Part shown: piece after piece, positions 35,428 to 44,041 of the stretch
Layout: each line of letters starts with the position of its first letter
How positions within the stretch are numbered: position 1 is the stretch's first letter
From: a virus
Direction: 5' to 3' (one strand)
DNA length: 64,000 nucleotides
Virus record (IMG/VR): IMGVR_UViG_3300046513_000221
Coordinates: 1-64,000 of that record
Made by a program: the position numbers and the translations under genes
The notes under the pieces: generated by a model
What the model was told of the DNA's origin: nothing
The model's database searches: none
The model's input: only the letters and a program-made list of their open reading frames with translations

Positions 35428-36873
35428 TTAGTGTACGTTCTTCGGATCTTCGAAGAACATGTCCTTCACGTTCGTGCAGAACGGCACGATGGTACCGCTC
35501 AAGCCCGGATCACCGGACGAGGACGCATTCAGCGACAGGTTGCCGAGGAACGACTCGTGGATGCTGCGGTACTTGACCAGAACGTTACCACCGTTCGCAC
35601 CGAGGGACTGAGCGCCACGCGCCGACCACTTCAGTGCCACGTTGAACAGGTTCAGCGTGTTGGTGATGTTGGAGTAGCGCAGCAGCTCGTTGGTGATCAG
35701 GCGCTTGACGAGGAACATCGCGCCGATGTTGCTGAACACCGTCTCCAGACGCTTCATGTCGATGTTGCGGCTGTTCAGGATGCGGACGGTGATCTCGGAC
35801 CACTTGATCAGCAGCGGGAAGATCAGGTACTCGTACAGGCGCAGACGGCGCGTGTAGATGTTGAGGCTGTCCAGCTGGTGCAGCTCTTCGTAGTTCCATG
35901 CCATGTAGCGCACGACATCGAAGGTGCTCTGCTTACCGTCATCCGGCAGCTCGCGCAGGTTCTTCTTGGTACGCTCGTCGAGGATGCGCTCCAGCGACAT
36001 GATGGCCTTGTCTGCCTTCTCCAGCTTGGAGGTCGGCGAGGTCAGGATCTTACGACGCCAGAAGTCGCCGGACGCCAGACTAGTGGACTTCTTCACGTTC
36101 TCCAGCACATGATGCAGGGAAATCACGAGGTTGCGGAAGTTGGCATCGGACTGCAGACGCTCCTTGTTGACCACCATCGTCATGGTCTTGCTCGGATGGA
36201 AGTACTCGAAGTCGCTGTCCACCTCGACCTCTTGATCATTGAAGACGAACACGTCCTCATCCAGCTTCATCAGACGCATGGTCTCCTCGAAGCCGTACTT
36301 GATGAAGAAGTAGATGAAGAAGTTCTTGAATGCGTTGATGTTGTTCGAGCGGGTCTTGAAGAAGTCCAGCAGGAACACCTTACCGTTGTAGTCGGTGCCG
36401 CCGTTCGACTGGATGGTCGTCTGCTTGTGGCGAACGCCCAACGGCATCAGCAGCGTCTTCAGGAAGATACCATTGCGCACGTTGTAGAAGTTCTTGTCTG
36501 CAACCTGCAGGATCGCGTAGTAGCGGTTCCCGTTCAGGATGAAGAAGTAGTCGTCGACCAGCTTCGGGATGAACAGGTGCAGAGCGCGCTCCTTCTTCTC
36601 ACCCTCCCACTCGATCATGAACCGGGCCTCGATCAGGTCCAGACGCGATTCCTCGATCGAGATGGTCTGCTTCGAGATGTACTTGTGGCACTCCTCCTCG
36701 TTGATGCGCTTCATGTCGAGGAACTTGATGCCGGGGATCGAGTTCAGCGTCGAGAACAGGTCGCGGAAGTAGCTGTCGATGTCCTCGCGTTGACGGATGT
36801 AGATCAGGTCTTCATTGAACTTCTCCGGGTTGTCTGCCTGGAACTTCTTGTAGAATTGGGTTTGGATGTCCAT
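35428..36873 (-). CDS. candidate multisubunit RNA polymerase beta-subunit N-terminal fragment (481 aa)
   Basis: Real start MDIQTQFYKK with AAGGAG RBS. C-terminal LGANGG ... RSIHESFLGNLSLNASSSGDPGLSGTIVP resembles the beta fork-loop region (LGPGGL ... [24 protein letters not shown]). Lies a few genes from the beta'-like gene. The product call is tentative. Confidence 0.6.
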   Translation of the reverse strand: MDIQTQFYKKFQADNPEKFNEDLIYIRQREDIDSYFRDLFSTLNSIPGIKFLDMKRINEEECHKYISKQTISIEESRLDLIEARFMIEWEGEKKERALHLFIPKLVDDYFFILNGNRYYAILQVADKNFYNVRNGIFLKTLLMPLGVRHKQTTIQSNGGTDYNGKVFLLDFFKTRSNNINAFKNFFIYFFIKYGFEETMRLMKLDEDVFVFNDQEVEVDSDFEYFHPSKTMTMVVNKERLQSDANFRNLVISLHHVLENVKKSTSLASGDFWRRKILTSPTSKLEKADKAIMSLERILDERTKKNLRELPDDGKQSTFDVVRYMAWNYEELHQLDSLNIYTRRLRLYEYLIFPLLIKWSEITVRILNSRNIDMKRLETVFSNIGAMFLVKRLITNELLRYSNITNTLNLFNVALKWSARGAQSLGANGGNVLVKYRSIHESFLGNLSLNASSSGDPGLSGTIVPFCTNVKDMFFEDPKNVH

Positions 36874-36881
36874 GCTGCTCC

Positions 36882-37139
36882 TTAGCGAACGTTCTTGTAG
36901 GCTTCCAGAACTGCCGCCTTGACGACCTCCGGTGCTGCGGTGAAGTAGTCGGCAACCATCGCCACGGTCCACTTGGAGCCGTTGCGCGGTGCCGAGCCGG
37001 TCATGTAGAATGCCAGCTTGTCGGAGATGACGCGCCAATGACGTTCAGTGATCTCTTCCATCTTGAGGCCGAGAAACTCAGCGACTTCCTCTGCGTGGTA
37101 GATGTAGCTGTGGGTTACCAGCCCGGATACGATAGCCAT
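36882..37139 (-). CDS. hypothetical protein (85 aa)
   Basis: ATG verified. Confidence 0.45.
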   Translation of the reverse strand: MAIVSGLVTHSYIYHAEEVAEFLGLKMEEITERHWRVISDKLAFYMTGSAPRNGSKWTVAMVADYFTAAPEVVKAAVLEAYKNVR

Positions 37140-37636
37140 TATGATTCTTCCTCGGTTATAACTCTTTTGTGCTTATTGACTAGCACGAAGTCTGGATCAT
37201 TCCTGATCCTCCACAGCTCGGTCGCCTGACAGGCATGACCGCTCTGGCCGAACTTGTCGGATAATCCCGATGCGTCACGTATGACCGCGTACAGCTTCGG
37301 GTTTTCCCTTATGTATTCATCCCAGAGCCGAGAGTACAGAACTCGTACCTCGTCCGGGTTTAGCGGCACTTTGCCTTTGGCGAACTTCCAGCCCATGCCA
37401 CTGATGTTGCCCTCGAAGACCTTCGATGCTTGATAGATCTCCTCGATACTTCTGTTGCCGCGAGAGCGGATCCTCGCATAGAAGGCTGAGAGCCTGCAGT
37501 CCCCTTGAGAACTGCATTCGAGAAACGGCGACTCTCCGTGGCTTATCACACCGATTTTCCCATACTCGTAATCAACTGTTCGTCTGGCATCCGGAATCGA
37601 TTGCCAAAACGTGATTGGTATGCATAGGTCTTCCAA
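37139..37636 (-). CDS. hypothetical protein, possibly NADAR/YbiA-like (165 aa, start uncertain)
   Basis: Weak similarity of PFLECSS ... SIEEIYQASKVFEG to the NADAR core (SNF ... EHyfQAxKF). An alternative GTG start at 37549 would remove the overlap with 37546..37800. Confidence 0.4.
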   Translation of the reverse strand: MEDLCIPITFWQSIPDARRTVDYEYGKIGVISHGESPFLECSSQGDCRLSAFYARIRSRGNRSIEEIYQASKVFEGNISGMGWKFAKGKVPLNPDEVRVLYSRLWDEYIRENPKLYAVIRDASGLSDKFGQSGHACQATELWRIRNDPDFVLVNKHKRVITEEES

Positions 37637-37800
37637 AGTTCACGGTTTTCCAGCATGTCTTTGAACGGGAAATGCTCAGAATTATCCTGCAGAAGGAACA
37701 CATACTGGATGTCGCCGGTCACAAGATACATATTCCGGGCAAGCAGGGATGTCTTCGTGCTCAGCATCCCTGCAGCGGTGTTCAGATCCAGAATACTCAT
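37546..37800 (-). CDS. doubtful small ORF (84 aa)
   Basis: ATGA overlap with the upstream gene, but it overlaps the 5' end of 37139..37636 by about 90 nt. Confidence 0.25.
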   Translation of the reverse strand: MSILDLNTAAGMLSTKTSLLARNMYLVTGDIQYVFLLQDNSEHFPFKDMLENRELWKTYAYQSRFGNRFRMPDEQLITSMGKSV

Positions 37801-38123
37801 GCCATACCTCGCTTCCACTTAGGGATCTTGGGCTTCTTGGCCTTCTGGAACACGGCCCCGGTAGGGTTGGCTGCACCCTGCCAGCGCGCCTTGGTGGCTT
37901 GCTTGACGGACACCTCCATCTTACCGCCCTCCTTGTAGAGCCAACGCCAGCCATCCCAGAACAGCCGCTCGATGTTCTTGGCCAGATTCGAAGCCTCCAC
38001 ATTGTACCAACCCGGTTCGGTCGGCGATACCACGGTCGCGTCGAACCAGTCGGAATCAGGCGGGAGACCACATGCAGCGGCGACGGTCTTAGGCATTGGT
38101 TTACGCTTGGGAATTACTGCCAT
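37797..38123 (-). CDS. hypothetical protein (108 aa)
   Basis: Trp-rich; basic C-terminus. Confidence 0.5.
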   Translation of the reverse strand: MAVIPKRKPMPKTVAAACGLPPDSDWFDATVVSPTEPGWYNVEASNLAKNIERLFWDGWRWLYKEGGKMEVSVKQATKARWQGAANPTGAVFQKAKKPKIPKWKRGMA

Positions 38124-38580
38124 CTTCCTCTCCGAGGTTCACGTTCACGGACTCCCACTTCTCGATCAGGTCGCACACGACCATGAAGTTGGGGTGCATC
38201 AGGTGGTCCTCGTCGGAGCCGACGACATCGGCCAGCCAGTCGCCGAGGTAGTGAATCCGGTCGAAATCCTGCTCGTTCTCGATGACATAGTCCTTGGTGA
38301 GGGCCATGATATCGTCCGGCAGACTGCGCCCGAATTTCTGCTTGTAGTGGACCGAGTTCGGCTCACGGTTGCCGATGTTCACCGTCAGGATGTCGGCCAG
38401 CAGATGGATCGGGAAGATGCGCGAGAATACGCGACGCACATCGTTCAGGTTGGAGTGCTGCATGCACTCGCCGTCCGGCATCACCGGATCCTTGAACATG
38501 TAGCAGTGCAGTTCAGGATTGTCGTTCAACTTCTTGTGAGTGCAGCTTTCGCACTTCAGCATGTCTTGAGTTTCGGCCAA
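38101..38580 (-). CDS. Cys-rich (putative zinc-binding) protein (159 aa)
   Basis: TTG start 6 nt after a perfect AAGGAG RBS; CESCTHK ... HCYMF ... GECMQH. Confidence 0.5.
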   Translation of the reverse strand: MAETQDMLKCESCTHKKLNDNPELHCYMFKDPVMPDGECMQHSNLNDVRRVFSRIFPIHLLADILTVNIGNREPNSVHYKQKFGRSLPDDIMALTKDYVIENEQDFDRIHYLGDWLADVVGSDEDHLMHPNFMVVCDLIEKWESVNVNLGEEDGSNSQA

Positions 38581-38595
38581 GATCTACTCCTTGAG

Positions 38596-38634
38596 TTAAA
38601 ATAATCGGAGGATGACCTTTTCGGGTCATCCTCC
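38596..38634 (-). terminator. terminator hairpin GGAGGATGACC-N6-GGTCATCCTCC + T-rich tail
   Basis: 11-bp perfect stem downstream of the beta'-like gene, followed by GATTATTTTAA on the minus strand. Confidence 0.5.
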
Positions 38635-38708
38635 TCTCAGTTCGGCATCTATTATAACGCCATTTTCGGTTTTACGCTATGCAACTTAACAACAGTCGAT
38701 ATCACTGC

Positions 38709-38718
38709 TATTATATAT
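38709..38718 (-). promoter_or_regulatory. AT-rich promoter-like motif (ATATATAATA on minus strand)
   Basis: Intergenic between the beta' gene stop and 38580. Confidence 0.3.
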
Positions 38719-38739
38719 GTGCAAAACGTCGCACGAAAA

Positions 38740-40308
38740 TTACTCCTTGGTGAGCATGTACAGTGCCAGACCACCCTCACGATGGATGCCCCGGATGAAG
38801 TTACCCTGAGTATCCATATAGTTCATCGGCGAGAACATGATCTTTTCCGCCTCGATGTTGGCCTCTGCGGAGAACAGACCTGCCACACGCATCGTGTCGC
38901 CGTCGTAGTCACCACCGAGACCCTTCATGTATGCGAAGTTCGGTACGTAGGTGTCGATCCACTGGATCTTGTCTTCGAGGATCGTGTTCTTACCATCGGT
39001 CGGGAAGAACGGGTAGTCCTTGAAGTTCTTGTTACCGGTTCCGCCCTCGCTCACCAGACCGGACACGTCCACGGTTTTCTCCGTGGTCAGGATCTTCACC
39101 CGGCAGGTGATGACGGACTCGGGACCAGTCACCGGGAAGCGGGTGGCGATTACGTGCTTGTCGCGGCACACGTCGATCGCGGCGTCGTACAGGAAGTCGG
39201 TCAGTGTGTAGTGGCGATCCGGCAGACCCTTGATACCCTCGATGTTTTTCATGATCGGAGTGCGATCACCGACGCCGTTCAGACGAAAGGCCTGAGTACG
39301 GATCCGCTTAGTCTTGTCCTTGATGTAGCCGTTCACGATCTTCTGGATGTTCGCGGACGAGATGGTCTCGTACACGGTGTCCTGTAGGTCGTAGCGTTCG
39401 TCACCCTCCAGTACGATCGATGCCGAGTGCTCGTACTCATGGAAGAAGTCTTCGATCCACTTGATGATGAACGGATAGAACAGGTTCAGTGCCAGATGGA
39501 GCGGTACCCCGAAGTAGTTGTATGGGATCTGCTGCGTCTCGGGGGTGTTGCTCTTGATCTGCGAGCAGGAGAGCACGCCGATGGTCGAGTAGTCGATGGA
39601 CTTACCCATGATGGCCTGACGGATCACGCCCTTCTTACCGGCGATCTTCTGAGTCAGTTCCTTATGGATCTCGACCAGCAGGTTCTGCACGGAGGATTGG
39701 GTGATGTAGCTGTTCTCGAAGATGATGGCCTCCGAGGTGGCGGCATTCAGGAGCTTGATGTACAGGGCGTTGACACCCTCCACAGTGATCTTCTTGGAGC
39801 CGGACTGACTGGAGAAGTTCACATCGCGGTAGTAGGCAGGGATGACCAGCCACTTGTCGAGGAAGATCTCATCGAACTTGAGCATGTTGAGCAGCTCGTC
39901 CTTCTTCTCGCGGCTAGCGTTGATAGTACCTTCCTTCACCCACTTGATCTTCTTCCAGTTCTTGACGAAGAAGTCGATGCCGCACTCACCCTGCTCCGGG
40001 TCGTCGGACACAACGAGGTTGCCGAACTGGTCGAGCCGGACGTACTTGTCACCAGCCAGAACGAGCGGCAGCGCACGAAACATCTGGAAGATGGTGATGT
40101 ACACCATCGGGTGAAAGAACTTACGACGGAGATCGATAAAGCCGAAGTTGTTCTTACGCTCTTCCGAGCCGAACTTACCGAAGATCTTTGTCGAGAACAG
40201 ACCGTCCTCGCTTGGGAGTCCATCCGATCCGAGATAGAAGCGGTTGTTTACTTGCTCGCAGCCGTTCACACGGATGAACTCGTTCATGTTGAATGCGTCT
40301 AATTGCAT
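38740..40308 (-). CDS. multisubunit RNA polymerase beta'-like subunit, N-terminal fragment (522 aa)
   Basis: KGLGGDYDGDTMRVAG is the universal NADFDGD Mg-binding motif, sitting near the C-terminus as in split beta' N-fragments; RFPVTGPESV region; AAGGGAAAG RBS. Confidence 0.7.
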   Translation of the reverse strand: MQLDAFNMNEFIRVNGCEQVNNRFYLGSDGLPSEDGLFSTKIFGKFGSEERKNNFGFIDLRRKFFHPMVYITIFQMFRALPLVLAGDKYVRLDQFGNLVVSDDPEQGECGIDFFVKNWKKIKWVKEGTINASREKKDELLNMLKFDEIFLDKWLVIPAYYRDVNFSSQSGSKKITVEGVNALYIKLLNAATSEAIIFENSYITQSSVQNLLVEIHKELTQKIAGKKGVIRQAIMGKSIDYSTIGVLSCSQIKSNTPETQQIPYNYFGVPLHLALNLFYPFIIKWIEDFFHEYEHSASIVLEGDERYDLQDTVYETISSANIQKIVNGYIKDKTKRIRTQAFRLNGVGDRTPIMKNIEGIKGLPDRHYTLTDFLYDAAIDVCRDKHVIATRFPVTGPESVITCRVKILTTEKTVDVSGLVSEGGTGNKNFKDYPFFPTDGKNTILEDKIQWIDTYVPNFAYMKGLGGDYDGDTMRVAGLFSAEANIEAEKIMFSPMNYMDTQGNFIRGIHREGGLALYMLTKE

Positions 40309-40447
40309 GATGCTTTCCCTTGATTGGTTGGGTTATCTAAAGTACTGTTACTCTTTAAACTAAAGGAGTTTTGTCGGTAATTACCTGAAAGCACCAGCTG
40401 TGCGCAAACAGTTGGTTAGATCCCACTAACCAACCGAGTCAATCCAC

Positions 40448-40879
40448 ATGGACTTCATTTTCGAACTCATCAAGTTAGTCTTCACGATGGTGCAATTCAC
40501 AAACATCGTCCTGTCCTGCATCTTGATCTTCTCCGGAATCGCGCTGTTCCGGTACATCAAGCAGGCACTTCGAGGATTCGACAGGTGGATTCACCTGATC
40601 GTGGTGCTGCAAGTGGCCGTGTGCCTCCTGCTGCTATCCATCTACGAAGTGAAGAGTGCAGAGACCGTCATAAAGACGGCCTTGTATTCAAGTTTTGCGT
40701 ATCAATTCTCCATCTTCGCGCTGCTGGTCATAAACGCCCTGTTCCAATCCGGCATCTACAAGTTCTTCTCGGAGAAACATTGCGACGTGACGCTCTTGGG
40801 CAACATCCTCAAGATCATCCACAGCCAGAGCAACGTGAGCGTCAAACCTTCGAACGAAGGCGAAGCCTCCGCAACCTAG
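40448..40879 (+). CDS. polytopic membrane protein (143 aa, about 4 TM)
   Basis: ATG verified; four hydrophobic helices. Confidence 0.55.
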   Translation: MDFIFELIKLVFTMVQFTNIVLSCILIFSGIALFRYIKQALRGFDRWIHLIVVLQVAVCLLLLSIYEVKSAETVIKTALYSSFAYQFSIFALLVINALFQSGIYKFFSEKHCDVTLLGNILKIIHSQSNVSVKPSNEGEASAT

Positions 40880-40894
40880 GAATACGTTTCTACC

Positions 40895-41422
40895 ATGAGC
40901 AAGCAAGGCTTTATTACTGAAGAAGGGGTGTACTACGAGTCTATGACGCAAATTAACGCATCGGACGCACCTGTCCCTCTTCGCCCGAGTGAAGACGATG
41001 TCTTCACGAACGGAACATGGATCTCGAACCGCCGCGCCAGCCGCCAGCAGCAGTTCGACTTCCAGACCCAGCCTACGGTTCGGGAGATCCCGCAACCAGC
41101 TTCTCAGGATAGCTCGTCGCGTGATATAAACACTTACAGGATCGGCGAGGACACGCAGTTCAAGTTCAAGCTGAAGGACATCGTCATCGTGGTGGCATTC
41201 ATCGTCTCGATCGCAATTAGCTGGAATAACTCCGACACGCGCATGACGCGTACCGAGGAGAAGCTCTCCCAGCTCAAGAGCGATCTGGTTCAGCTCAAGA
41301 GCGATCTGAGTGAATCGATGAAAAAGAACGATGAACTCTGGCGTCGCCAAGAGGACATGAACCGTACCCTGTCGCAGCAGATCTTCAACGAGTTCCGCGA
41401 TCGCACAGGACAACACAAGTAA
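40895..41422 (+). CDS. single-pass membrane protein with C-terminal coiled coil (175 aa)
   Basis: TM segment IVIVVAFIVSIAISW followed by a LSQLKSDLVQLKSDLSESMKK heptad region. Confidence 0.55.
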   Translation: MSKQGFITEEGVYYESMTQINASDAPVPLRPSEDDVFTNGTWISNRRASRQQQFDFQTQPTVREIPQPASQDSSSRDINTYRIGEDTQFKFKLKDIVIVVAFIVSIAISWNNSDTRMTRTEEKLSQLKSDLVQLKSDLSESMKKNDELWRRQEDMNRTLSQQIFNEFRDRTGQHK

Positions 41423-41467
41423 AAAAAAAGACACCCATAGCCCCGGAAAGGGCTATGGGTTCTTTTT
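41421..41467. terminator. bidirectional terminator A9-ACCCATAGCCC-N6-GGGCTATGGGT-T5 between convergent genes
   Basis: 11-bp perfect stem flanked by an A-run and a T-run. Confidence 0.7.
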
Positions 41468-42230
41468 AATGATCCCAGGCCAAGTACTGGCCGTCATCGA
41501 GAACGTGCTCGTTCTCGGGATCGTACAGGCGATGGGTGTTGGGGTTCACGCGCAGCTCGGTGTCATACCAGAAGATGCCTACCTGATGCTCGCGCTTCAG
41601 ATCCAACTCCATAGGAATGTCCACGTTGTGGCGCAGACGCGGCAGGAAGAACTCCTTGCCGTGCGAGTCGGTGTTCTCGATGACATCGACGATGTTGTAC
41701 GTTGCGTCATCGGCGAACGAGGTGTAAATGACATCATGCTCCTTCATGGCCTCGGATTTCTTCTGCTTGCCCTCGGTCAGGATGAAGCGCACCTTGACAC
41801 CGGCGCTCTTGAACGGTTCCATGATGCGGTCGAGCATCCGGATCTTGCTCGCCGTGACCGGGTAGGACACATCCACGCAGCTCGTGATGACGGTGATGCT
41901 GTTCAGCACGTCATGCTGGAGCATCTGGCGCAGCAGATGGTAGTACGCCGACGTCTGCAGGTTGTCGTAGAAATTCGGATCGTAGAAAAATTTGTTCAGC
42001 ATCAGCTTGCCCAGTTCAGGATACTTCTTCTCGAAGTCCTCTTCAAAGTGGGTAAGGATTGGGTACTGGAGGCGGTTAGCCGGGTTCGAGTTGATTGCCG
42101 AACTGAACTGCGTCTCGGACAATGCACCACGAAGCTTCGTGTCGTTAAGGATAACCTTCACCCATGGAGTGCTGCAGTCAACCAGCACATCGTCCATATC
42201 GGTGGCTATGTCGAATTTCTTATTCGTCAT
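41466..42230 (-). CDS. HAD-superfamily phosphatase, 5'(3')-deoxyribonucleotidase-like (254 aa)
   Basis: Motif I DIATDMDDVLVD (DxDxV) and later SFADDATYN (DD). Confidence 0.5.
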   Translation of the reverse strand: MTNKKFDIATDMDDVLVDCSTPWVKVILNDTKLRGALSETQFSSAINSNPANRLQYPILTHFEEDFEKKYPELGKLMLNKFFYDPNFYDNLQTSAYYHLLRQMLQHDVLNSITVITSCVDVSYPVTASKIRMLDRIMEPFKSAGVKVRFILTEGKQKKSEAMKEHDVIYTSFADDATYNIVDVIENTDSHGKEFFLPRLRHNVDIPMELDLKREHQVGIFWYDTELRVNPNTHRLYDPENEHVLDDGQYLAWDH

Positions 42231-42235
42231 TTTCT

Positions 42236-42280
42236 CAGGAAAAAATAAAAGCGATAGCCACCAGATCGGTGGCTATCGCT
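42236..42280 (-). terminator. terminator AGCGATAGCCACC-N5-GGTGGCTATCGCT + TTTATTTTTT
   Basis: 13-bp stem 20 nt after the stop of 42302..43048. Confidence 0.65.
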
Positions 42281-42301
42281 AGTTACTTAGACGCTACAGG
42301 A

Positions 42302-43048
42302 TTACTCCTGGAACTCGTCGGACAGGTTGGTCTTCTTGGCACCGGCCTTGCCGCTCGGCTTGCCGGACGACTCTTCGCCGCCTTCTTCGCTATCTTCTTC
42401 GATGGCGCGACGGGCAGGCTTCTTGCCAGCGGACTGGTAGCTACTACCGCCGCCACCATTGCGCTTGGCACCGTGTGCCGAAACGCCGAATGCGTTGTCG
42501 ATCACTGCGTTGAAGAACTCGACCAGCAGCAGCATGTCGATTTCCTGCGTGTCTTCGATCACATCGTTGTCGGCGGTCTTGAACTCGGAGGTGGCGCGCT
42601 GCATGATGTGGAACATCTTCTGCTCGCCGTCGTCCTTGGTCTGGGTCAGCTTCAGGACGAACTCGCCGAAGAAGTTGCCGCCCAGCTTGATCGCGTTCGG
42701 CTTGAAGATCGTGAAGGTACGCGGCGACTTCTCGTTGCCGAACTTCATGGTGAAGCTCTTCAGCGCGCCGTCTTCGTCGGCCAGCAGATCCTGCACGCCC
42801 TTGCGGCCCAGCAGGGCAGCTTGCGCGTCGATCATGAAGTTCATCTTCTCGTCGTAGTCGTAGACGTTGTCGCCCTTCTTCGGTTCCTTGTTCAGGAACT
42901 CGTCGAAGATCGGTGCCAGCGAGATCAGCGAGCCGCCGTTGACCAGCGTGAAGTTCATTGCCGAGAATTGGCGCTCGTAGGAGTTCACGTCACTCTTCGA
43001 GTAGACGGATTGGCGGCGTTGGTTTGGTTGTTGACGGTCGTCGGACAT
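42302..43048 (-). CDS. hypothetical protein with Gly/Ser/Glu-rich C-terminal tail (248 aa)
   Basis: Start MSDDRQQPNQ at 43046-43048. Confidence 0.55.
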   Translation of the reverse strand: MSDDRQQPNQRRQSVYSKSDVNSYERQFSAMNFTLVNGGSLISLAPIFDEFLNKEPKKGDNVYDYDEKMNFMIDAQAALLGRKGVQDLLADEDGALKSFTMKFGNEKSPRTFTIFKPNAIKLGGNFFGEFVLKLTQTKDDGEQKMFHIMQRATSEFKTADNDVIEDTQEIDMLLLVEFFNAVIDNAFGVSAHGAKRNGGGGSSYQSAGKKPARRAIEEDSEEGGEESSGKPSGKAGAKKTNLSDEFQE

Positions 43049-43117
43049 GGTATTTCCTATTGAATTGATTTGGGATTTATGGAACTTGATCAATTTAGGG
43101 TGATCAACCCTTTACCT

Positions 43118-43867
43118 CTACTTACCTGTTCGATTGTGTAAATCGTGCAGGTGGAATTTGTAGATGAAGTCGTACTCGCTATTTCCGTAGCTGACGTACA
43201 GACGATTCATGCCGACGTGGAGCTGCATGTACTCCTCCGTTTCGGTCTTTTTGTTCTTCAATTTCTCGAAGTTGTGCAGACAGATGAGCGTCTTGTTCTC
43301 CAGCGAGAGGCCGAGCTTGGTCTCATGCAGGTGGATGTCACCGTCGATGATCTCCATGAAGACGAACAGGTTCTGGACCAGTTGCTTCTTCAGGTCGACG
43401 ATCTCGATGATGTCGTTCATGACGATATCACCTTCCTTGACGATGTCGCCATCGTAGTACAGGTTCGCTTTCTTGCAGTCCAGTTCTTTCAACGAGCTGG
43501 TGGGCTCGTCGGACAGGAGGCTCATGTCGATCTTCCCGGTGAACTTTACCGGGAACTCCTCACCGTTGCAGGTGAACCCGCGTTCGTTGAGGTACATGTC
43601 TGGCACGTACTTCTTGTTATCGGCACCGATGAGCTGCTTCTTGTGCAAGCTCAAGAAGGTGTACAGTTTCTTACCGTCTTCGATGAAGATGTACCGTGGC
43701 ATCTCATCTTCGACCTCGATCTTGAAGCTGTCGCAGCTGATCAAGATATCGGACTGACCATCGTTCGAGATGATGGTCTGCTCGACTAGGTCGAAATAGT
43801 ACGGGTTGTTCTTTACATACTGATTTACCTCGTAAAGCTTTTTCGAGTCGATTAGGATTGGTTTCAT
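43118..43867 (-). CDS. hypothetical protein (249 aa)
   Basis: ATG verified. Confidence 0.55.
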   Translation of the reverse strand: MKPILIDSKKLYEVNQYVKNNPYYFDLVEQTIISNDGQSDILISCDSFKIEVEDEMPRYIFIEDGKKLYTFLSLHKKQLIGADNKKYVPDMYLNERGFTCNGEEFPVKFTGKIDMSLLSDEPTSSLKELDCKKANLYYDGDIVKEGDIVMNDIIEIVDLKKQLVQNLFVFMEIIDGDIHLHETKLGLSLENKTLICLHNFEKLKNKKTETEEYMQLHVGMNRLYVSYGNSEYDFIYKFHLHDLHNRTGK

Positions 43868-43919
43868 GTCAAATCTCTATGTGAGTAATAGATTGTTGGA
43901 TCGTCTCACTCACACCAAA

Positions 43920-43928
43920 ATAATATAT
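43920..43928 (-). promoter_or_regulatory. AT-rich promoter-like motif (ATATATTATTTT on minus strand)
   Basis: 53 nt upstream of the 43118..43867 start. Confidence 0.35.
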
Positions 43929-43978
43929 CCGAGATCTTTCATTCAGAAATTGCTCCTGTTCATCCGATGCCCTAGAGA

Positions 43979-44013
43979 ATAAAAAATCCGAAAGCCCGGT
44001 GAGGGGCTTTCGG
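43979..44013 (-). terminator. terminator CCGAAAGCCC-N6-GGGCTTTCGG + ATTTTTTAT
   Basis: 10-bp stem after the stop of 44042..44695. Confidence 0.65.
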
Positions 44014-44041
44014 AGAGGCTACATCTCAGGAGCTTGCTACG

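Noticed and set aside
35431-36885. 484-aa plus-strand ORF
   Set aside because: Antisense to the RNAP beta-like gene.
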